The translations under genes were made by a program, and so were the position numbers. A stretch of 64,000 nt of DNA from a bacterium (lineage in GTDB: Bacteria > UBA8248 > JACPRG01 > G963555815): the NCBI GenBank assembly GCA_965218795.1, contig OZ244653.1:3424001-3488000 (forward strand), given 5' to 3'. Shown piece by piece: positions 58,050 to 64,000 of the stretch; position 1 is the stretch's first letter; each line of letters starts with the position of its first letter. The notes below the pieces were generated by a model. It worked only from the letters and a program-made list of their open reading frames with translations. It made no database searches and had not been told where the DNA came from.

Positions 58050-58145
58050 TTATTTCCATACCACGGGGTCCAGACCGCCCAGCATCCATAAGGCCAGAAG
58101 GCCGACGGCGACAGCGTAAAGCAGGAAGAGCTTCAGTCTTTTCAT
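58050..58145 (-). CDS. Putative 31-aa single-TM small protein
   Basis: MKRLKLFLLYAVAVGLLALWMLGGLDPVVWK* fits entirely in the gyrA-serS gap. No clear SD. Confidence 0.4.
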   Translation of the reverse strand: MKRLKLFLLYAVAVGLLALWMLGGLDPVVWK

Positions 58146-58268
58146 GGAATCGCGTGAGGACAGACCCATTCCGGCGGAAAGAGAAGGGCGCGTTGCAAAC
58201 CAGCCGGAGAATTTTTCAACCGCGTTCATGGTAGCATTCGGGTCTCAGACGCGCAATGAAGGGGGCGT

Positions 58269-60050
58269 ATGCTCGACATTCGAAGGATCAGAGAGGAGAG
58301 CGAGAGCCTCCGGGAAGCCTTGGCCCGCCGGGGCGGCGCGCCCGACTTTGCGCCGATTCTGGAACGGGATACCCGCCGCCGGGCGGTGATCGCCGAGCTT
58401 CAGGCGCATCGCTCCAGACAGAAGGACCTTTCCAGGCAGATCGGAGACTTGAAACGGGAAGGGCGGGATGCCGAGCCGCTCATGGCCCAGGTGCGCGGCA
58501 TGGGCGACCGGATCGCTCCCCTGGAAAGGCAGGTCCGCGAAGAGGCGGAAGCCGTCCGGGGGATGATGCTGGATGTTCCCAACACCCCCCACCCGTCGGT
58601 TCCGGACGGCCGGGATGAGCGCTCCAACAGGGAGGTTCGGCGTTGGGGGTCTTCCCGCGCGTTCAACTTCCAGGCCCGCGATCACCTCGCTGTCGGCGAA
58701 AGCCTCGGCATCATCGATCTGCAGCGGGCGGCAAAGATTGCGGGCGCCCGCTTTCCCCTCATGATGGGCGCGGGCGCCGCGCTGGAGCGGGCCCTGCTGA
58801 ACTTCATGCTGGATCTCCATACCCGCCGGCACGGATATTACGAAGTTCTTCCGCCCTTCCTGGTCAACGCCGAGTCCGCGATCGGCACGGGTCAGCTCCC
58901 GAAATTCGAGGCGGATCTCTTTAAGACCGGAGAAGACGAACTTTACTTGACGCCGACGGCGGAGGTTCCCCTGGCCAACATCCACCGGGATGAAACCCTC
59001 CCCGAGCGGCTGCTCCCCGTCAAATTCACGGCCTTCACGCCCTGCTTCCGCCGGGAGGCGGGCTCGTATGGAAAAGAGACGCGCGGCCTGATCCGCCAGC
59101 ATCAGTTCGGCAAGGTCGAGCTGGTCAAGTTTACGTCCGCGGAAACGTCTTACGATGAGCTGGAGAGCCTCACGGCGGATGCCGAGGAGATCCTCCAGCG
59201 TCTGGAAATCCCGTACCGGGTAGTGGTTTTGTGCGCGGGGGACCTCGGTTTCAGCGCAGCGAAGACGTATGACATCGAGGTCTGGCTTCCTGCCAGGCAG
59301 GGCTACCTTGAAATTTCATCGTGCAGCAACTTCGAGGACTTCCAGGCCCGTCGGATCGGCGTCCGCTACCGCACCCAGGACGGCCGGACGAACTTCGCCC
59401 ACACGCTGAACGGCTCGGGGCTCGCCATTGGCCGGACGATCGTCGCTATCCTGGAGAACTTCCAGCAGCAGGACGGATCCGTCGAGATCCCCATGGTGCT
59501 TCGCCCATATATGGGCGGAATGGAAACCATCACGCGCGCCCGGGGACCTTGGATGACGAAGGGCGGAGCCCAGCCCTTGGTCAAGGTCTCGGAAGAGGCC
59601 GACAAAGAGCCGGGGAGCCAAGAGTCCTCCGGGGACGAAGAGGTCTCAGGGAGCAAGGAGGCCCCGGGAGGCGAAGAGGGCCGCGGGCGCCGCGGCAGGG
59701 GCCGAAGAGGGCGAAATCGGAAGGGCCGCGGCGGCCAGCGGGGCGACGGACAAGGGCAGGGCGAGCGCCGGGATTCGGGCGGACAGACCGGCGGCGAGCG
59801 CGGCCCCGAGGGCAATCAGGGAGAGGGCCGGCAACCCCAGGGCCATCGATCTGAAGGCGGCCGGCCCGGGCGCCAACGGCCCGCAGGCTCGCAGTCTGAG
59901 CCTCAACGATCCGGGGGCAGGCCGGAGCCGCGGTCAACCGAGTCGAAAGCGGCTTCCGACGGAGAATCGCCGTCCGGTCCCGGGGCGGAACGATCTCCGG
60001 GGTCCGGCCAGGAGGCCGGCCGGGTGGACAATCCCTCGCCCGGCCGCTAA
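58269..60050 (+). CDS. serS: Seryl-tRNA synthetase with long low-complexity C-terminal extension
   Basis: MLDIRRIRE, PTAEVPL, FRREAGSYG, GLIRQHQF, EISSCSN, HTLNGSGLA. The core ends near YMGGMETI (~59530) and the frame continues ~170 aa. Confidence 0.95.
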   Translation: MLDIRRIREESESLREALARRGGAPDFAPILERDTRRRAVIAELQAHRSRQKDLSRQIGDLKREGRDAEPLMAQVRGMGDRIAPLERQVREEAEAVRGMMLDVPNTPHPSVPDGRDERSNREVRRWGSSRAFNFQARDHLAVGESLGIIDLQRAAKIAGARFPLMMGAGAALERALLNFMLDLHTRRHGYYEVLPPFLVNAESAIGTGQLPKFEADLFKTGEDELYLTPTAEVPLANIHRDETLPERLLPVKFTAFTPCFRREAGSYGKETRGLIRQHQFGKVELVKFTSAETSYDELESLTADAEEILQRLEIPYRVVVLCAGDLGFSAAKTYDIEVWLPARQGYLEISSCSNFEDFQARRIGVRYRTQDGRTNFAHTLNGSGLAIGRTIVAILENFQQQDGSVEIPMVLRPYMGGMETITRARGPWMTKGGAQPLVKVSEEADKEPGSQESSGDEEVSGSKEAPGGEEGRGRRGRGRRGRNRKGRGGQRGDGQGQGERRDSGGQTGGERGPEGNQGEGRQPQGHRSEGGRPGRQRPAGSQSEPQRSGGRPEPRSTESKAASDGESPSGPGAERSPGSGQEAGRVDNPSPGR

Positions 60051-60109
60051 TTTTGGATAAGGCTTTCAACCCATCCAGGCGGAACGGCATGACCGCGAGG
60101 CCTTCCGGC

Positions 60110-60201
60110 GGAGGGATGGCCGAGTGGTTGAAGGCGGCGGTCTTGAAAACCGTTAGGGGCCGAAAGGTCTCTCGGGGGTTCGAATCCCTCTCCCTCCGCC
60201 A
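60110..60201 (+). tRNA. tRNA-Ser (TGA)
   Basis: GGAGGGA acceptor, anticodon arm gcggtc-TTGAAA-accgt, long variable arm, GGTTCGAATCC, encoded CCA. Confidence 0.96.
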
Positions 60202-60348
60202 TGGCTCTTGGAGCGTTCCCGGAAAACATTCGCGCGTGATAACATTGGGCGATGGTTCTCGAAAAGGGGACGTTCGACTCGGGGATGATACGCTTGACTG
60301 GCCGGGGGGCCGGATTGAGCCTGTCCCCCGAAGGATTTCGCCGGGGAG

Positions 60349-60374
60349 TGGATTCCTGCTTGCGCAGGAATGAC
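60349..60374. repeat. REP-like palindrome identical to 8784-8809
   Basis: tggattcctgcttgcgcaggaatgac. Confidence 0.8.
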
Positions 60375-60413
60375 GAACAAGACCCTAAGGGCTACGAGGC
60401 CGCCCGGTTCGAA

Positions 60414-60695
60414 TGTAGGGGCGGGGGGGCCGGCCTCCGTACCCGCCCTTCAATGGCCGTCCTGCCCGGCCGAGCCTTGGCCTGCTCGCGGCGTTGGGCG
60501 GGTCCACTGCGCCACGGGTCTGCCGGCGCGGAACATGAACATGGGCAGTCCATCCGCTTTTTTGAGCGGAGAGGTGGCCGAGCGGCTGAAGGCGCTCGCC
60601 TGCTAAGCGAGTAGGGGGGGAAACCTCCCTCGAGGGTTCGAATCCCTCCCTCTCCGCCATGGCTTTTGGGGCGGGTACGGAGCCCCGCCCCTACA
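60414..60695. repeat. Inverted pair of GTAG-family REP elements flanking tRNA-Ser(GCT)
   Basis: tgtaggggcggg..ctccgtacccgccc (60414-60448) and its reverse complement gggcgggtacggagccccgcccctaca (60669-60695). Confidence 0.75.
60568..60659 (+). tRNA. tRNA-Ser (GCT)
   Basis: GGAGAGG acceptor, ctcgc-CTGCTAA-gcgag anticodon arm, long variable arm, GGTTCGAATCC, CCA. Confidence 0.96.
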
Positions 60696-60746
60696 CTGGT
60701 TCGCTTGCAGCGATGAGACGGAAATCCGCCCCTTTGTTCTCAACGG

Positions 60747-61766
60747 TCAGGATCGGGTTTCCTGATCGGGGCAATCGGCGCGATGGTGCGCCGCGAGCGA
60801 GGCGCACATCTCGGCCAGCCGCCGGCGAAGGCCGGCCGGTCCCTCGACCGTAACGCTCCCTCCCCATGTCACGAGGTGCCAGAACATTTCCTCGATCCCG
60901 CCGGCCTTGAAGCGCACCGTCAGCGAACCGTCGCCGTTCTCCACGACGGTCTGGCCGGGATGGAACTGAAACGCCCTCGCATCCGGCGCCGCGCAGGTGT
61001 CGAAACGCAGCGCCACCTCGACCGGCTCCTCCTGGAAGGTGCCGAACGAACGCTCGGCGTAGCCCTGCAAGTCGAACGCCGGATCGCGCTCGAACGCTTC
61101 ATCGGCGATCCGGGCCTTGCTCACGTTCGCAAGCCGCCAAAGCCTCGTATCGTTCGCCCAGTCGGTCCGCCCCACCAGGAACGCGCGGTTGCCGTAGAGC
61201 ACCCCGTAGGGCTGGACGCGCTGGCGGCTCCGCTGTCCCGTCGACCGGGAGAGATAGTCGAACTCGATCGTGCGGCGCGCCTTGATGGCGTCGCGCACGA
61301 GCGGGAGCAGGCCCTCTTCGAGGTTTTGTTTCGGTCCGGGCCGCATCGCGAGCCCTTCCGCCTCCATGTGCGCCTCCAGAGCGGATTCGAATTCTTCGGG
61401 GGAGTGACCGCGCGATACGGCACGCAGCTTGGCGGCAAGCTCGCGGAGCCCGCCGGCGCGCTCGGCGAGGCCGGCGCGGTCCAGGCTCCCGGCCGCGGCT
61501 TCGAGTTCCGCCAACTCCTCGGGCGAGACGCGGATGAATTGGAGCAAGTCGGGCGACTGAAGCCGCCAGTGTTTTCGCCGGTCGCCGGTGTCCGCGTCCA
61601 CGGTTTCCAGCGGCCCGAATGCCTCCTCGACGGCATCGCGCATCCGCTCCGCCGTGCGCCGGCTGACGTTGAACTCGTCTTCTATGTCGGCGATGGTCAG
61701 GCCGCCCCGCACCCCCTGGAGGCGAATGGCCAGGCGCAAAAGGTTCTCAAGCCGCTCAAACCGCAT
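60747..61766 (-). CDS. HTH-WYL-WCX transcriptional regulator
   Basis: N-terminal HTH (FNVSRRTAERMRD), WYL core RRVQPYGVLYGNRAFLVG..RLWRLANV, and WCX tail WHLVTWGGSVTVEGPAGLR. Confidence 0.9.
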   Translation of the reverse strand: MRFERLENLLRLAIRLQGVRGGLTIADIEDEFNVSRRTAERMRDAVEEAFGPLETVDADTGDRRKHWRLQSPDLLQFIRVSPEELAELEAAAGSLDRAGLAERAGGLRELAAKLRAVSRGHSPEEFESALEAHMEAEGLAMRPGPKQNLEEGLLPLVRDAIKARRTIEFDYLSRSTGQRSRQRVQPYGVLYGNRAFLVGRTDWANDTRLWRLANVSKARIADEAFERDPAFDLQGYAERSFGTFQEEPVEVALRFDTCAAPDARAFQFHPGQTVVENGDGSLTVRFKAGGIEEMFWHLVTWGGSVTVEGPAGLRRRLAEMCASLAAHHRADCPDQETRS

Positions 61767-61920
61767 TCCGCTGCCTCCTCACAGAGCGGCCCGCCCCCCG
61801 CGGTCATCCCGCGAATGTCGGAGGACAACGTCGACCGCCGGAAGGTATTGCGTCACTCGAATGAGTCGAAGGACGGCAAAGTCCCGCTCCCGCGTTGCTC
61901 GGAATGTATTCGTCGAGAAA

Positions 61921-62047
61921 TGGATTCCCGCGCAAGCGGGAATCCAGGAAAAGGACCGCTTGACGAGGCGTCCCCAAACCACGCCCCCCCCGGCCCGTCC
62001 TTCCCGCGGGACCCCCGGTTTGTCATTCCCGCGGATGCGGGAATCCA
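61921..62047. repeat. Two REP-like ATTCCCGC..GCGGGAAT palindromes
   Basis: tggattcccgcgcaagcgggaatcca (61921-61946) and gtcattcccgcggatgcgggaatcca (62022-62047). Confidence 0.8.
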
Positions 62048-62187
62048 TTACGTTGCCCAGGGCCTCGGTCAGTTGCACGGCTCCCCCCTCTCTGTCCCCC
62101 GACTGAGACATTCGAGGGCAGGCATCCGGGGGTTCTCCTCCCTCTTTGCGAGACATCATTCGTTCGGGAAGATACCTGGTCGTACAG

Positions 62188-63465
62188 CTAAAGCGTTTCT
62201 CCCCACGTTGCGAGGGCGCGCGCAAGCAAATCAAGGATTTTTTTCTCGAGCTCTCCGCTCTGCTCCAACCTGATCACTTCCTCGAGATCCCACTCATGAT
62301 AGATTTTGAACCCTGGGATGACGTTGATGTGATCCCGGTTCGTCTCAAGGAACTCAGCTTCGATCCCTTTCTTCTCCGAACTGATCAAGCCATCATTTAC
62401 CCACGAATCGAGTAGAGGCAGCAGTGTGGCGGGATTTGCTGGCTTGTGTTGCTTGGCTAACCCATCCGAGGCCAGGTCGAAGTACGCTTCGTTTTCTAGT
62501 TCTGTGTCGGCCCAGACCAACTTCTTACCCATGTAGGCAAAATGGAGATCTGGTACGATTTCCCATCCGTCCGCTGTAAGATTCAGAAACCTCTTCTTGT
62601 CAACTTTGTAGAAGTCTCTGGCTTGGGTGACGCTGCATCCCGGCCACAGAGCCATCTGGAGTTTCGGTTTCGATGTGTGATTTTTAATTATAAAGGCAAC
62701 TCTCTCAGCGATTTTCCCCGGACGATAGAGGTACCACCAGCCGCGATCTGTACCTGTATCGTACCAACATTCCAGATCGTCCTTGTCTCCCTTTAGCTCA
62801 TTTACCAGAAGGTTTGTCCGCTTCTTTAGTGCTTTAGGCCTGTTACCGCAGAGAGCGAATTTGCGGTAGGGGGTCAGCATAGGATGCTCCTTTTCCACAA
62901 GTGACAGGAAATCGTAGACGATCTCGCGGCTTCCGAAGGGCGCGACGCTGGAATCGGCGTACCTGAGCATACCTTCCAGGACTTCCGCCCACTCCAGGCA
63001 GATCGCCGACTCATGGAGCTTGACATCTTGGATGTCATCCGCCGGCAATGAATTCTTGCTCGGCGACAACTGTTCTTTCCGCACGCCGCCATGTTGGAGC
63101 TTGTTTTCGATTATCAACGTCAATCTGTTTGGGTATTCGACGACTCCGTCGTATCTGGCCTTACGGTCCGACCACTTCACCTCCACCGGCTTCTTAAGAT
63201 CCTCATCGGTGAGAAGGACCGAGATAAGAAGAGGCGGGGGTATTGCTATCCACTCAGTCTGTGTTGAAACGACTGCTGGCTCCCAGGTGACGCCGTTGTT
63301 CGAATTCTCCAGGGGGGCGCACCCCGCCTTCGCCAACACCATTTCACGCAAGAAGTTTTGAAGGCTCGAATCATACTTCAGGATCGAGAGGAACGCCCAG
63401 GTCAAGCGATCTTCGTGCTTGTTTGACTTCGGATAGAATGGATTGAACAGATTTACGCGGCCCAT
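62188..63465 (-). CDS. Putative PD-(D/E)XK nuclease-family protein
   Basis: HEDRLTWAF N-terminus and RYDGVV..LIIENKL catalytic-like motif; AGGAG SD; visibly lower GC than neighbouring genes. Confidence 0.6.
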   Translation of the reverse strand: MGRVNLFNPFYPKSNKHEDRLTWAFLSILKYDSSLQNFLREMVLAKAGCAPLENSNNGVTWEPAVVSTQTEWIAIPPPLLISVLLTDEDLKKPVEVKWSDRKARYDGVVEYPNRLTLIIENKLQHGGVRKEQLSPSKNSLPADDIQDVKLHESAICLEWAEVLEGMLRYADSSVAPFGSREIVYDFLSLVEKEHPMLTPYRKFALCGNRPKALKKRTNLLVNELKGDKDDLECWYDTGTDRGWWYLYRPGKIAERVAFIIKNHTSKPKLQMALWPGCSVTQARDFYKVDKKRFLNLTADGWEIVPDLHFAYMGKKLVWADTELENEAYFDLASDGLAKQHKPANPATLLPLLDSWVNDGLISSEKKGIEAEFLETNRDHINVIPGFKIYHEWDLEEVIRLEQSGELEKKILDLLARALATWGETL

Positions 63466-63771
63466 TGGTCGTTCTCCTGTGAAGTTCTTGGTGTACAGAT
63501 AGAGTATTCACCTGACAGTCTGCGCTCCTGTTAGGGGTGGGTGGTTCAGGCGGCTTTTTTCATTTTTTCCTCCTTCGGTCTCTTGGGTTTTGGTAGGCAT
63601 CGGACGAAGACCTCTGCGGGTGTCCTTCCCCGCATGCCGCGGTCCTGCGTGGGGCCGTTTGGTCTTATAGATGTCGAGATACTTGCCCCCCAAAATGTAA
63701 AGCGTCACCGACGGTCAGATTTCTCGGTCTTTTCCAAAAAATATTTAAAACTTGTTTCACTCTGGTCGAGC

Positions 63772-63999
63772 TCACCTCCGAAAGCCCGCCGGCCCTGGAC
63801 GGTCCGGCTTGGCTTCGCATTCGGCGCGCAGCATTTTGGAGAGCGCCTGCGGGTCTTGCAGGCAGTCGAGGATCTCGGCTTTCCGGCGCACGACGGCGAA
63901 GTCGCCCGGGGTCAGGCCGGCAAGGCCCGCGACCGCGGCCGGGGGCGCAAGCGCGAAATAGGCCCGGAACGCCGCCGTCGCCTGTTCGGGGGAAAGGTA
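63772..63999 (-). CDS. C-terminal end of an AAA-family ATPase (5' part outside window; not in ORF track)
   Basis: Minus strand translates YLSPEQATAAFRAYF..LTPGDFAVVRRKAEIL..LRAECEAK..AGFRR*, resembling an AAA+ lid and tail. Confidence 0.65.
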   Translation of the reverse strand, partial: YLSPEQATAAFRAYFALAPPAAVAGLAGLTPGDFAVVRRKAEILDCLQDPQALSKMLRAECEAKPDRPGPAGFRR

Positions 64000-64000
64000 A

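Noticed and set aside
60110-60201. Selenocysteine or suppressor tRNA
   Set aside because: Anticodon TGA reads UCA (Ser); tRNA-Sec would have anticodon TCA and a longer acceptor stem.
60660-64000. Prophage or integrative element with att duplication
   Set aside because: No integrase and no duplicated tRNA 3' end within the window; cannot be excluded beyond it.

Overview
GC-rich bacterial chromosome segment spanning the replication origin. The core is rpmH-rnpA-yidD-yidC-jag-mnmE-mnmG-rsmG-parS-parA-parB on the minus strand, divergent from dnaA-oriC-recF-gyrB-gyrA-serS and two tRNA-Ser genes on the plus strand. dnaN is absent from its usual slot. A complete nine-gene V/A-type ATPase operon, whose K subunit has a Na+-binding signature, lies between parB and the F-type atpF'FHAGDC genes. 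Together they form a ~15.5 kb co-directional dual-ATPase cluster with Rex-like operators. About 10 kb further left is a biotin-dependent Na+-pumping acyl-CoA decarboxylase operon with a family III CoA-transferase and a GntR regulator, which suggests a Na+ decarboxylation-phosphorylation circuit. The window also holds a TPP riboswitch with thiSGE, a split glutaminase/NadE pair, a W-type aldehyde oxidoreductase preceded by a rod-like structured element, and an OmpA/MotB-domain protein with ~5.7 near-identical 285-bp repeats. An IS1595 remnant carries a DNA methylase broken at its catalytic motif, and SerRS has a ~170-aa disordered tail. Downstream of tRNA-Ser is a WYL + PD-(D/E)XK nuclease + AAA ATPase cluster that looks like a defence-island edge. 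No CRISPR array or rRNA was seen. Gene order resembles deltaproteobacteria-like lineages (inference only). All calls come from reading motifs by eye; no database searches were run.
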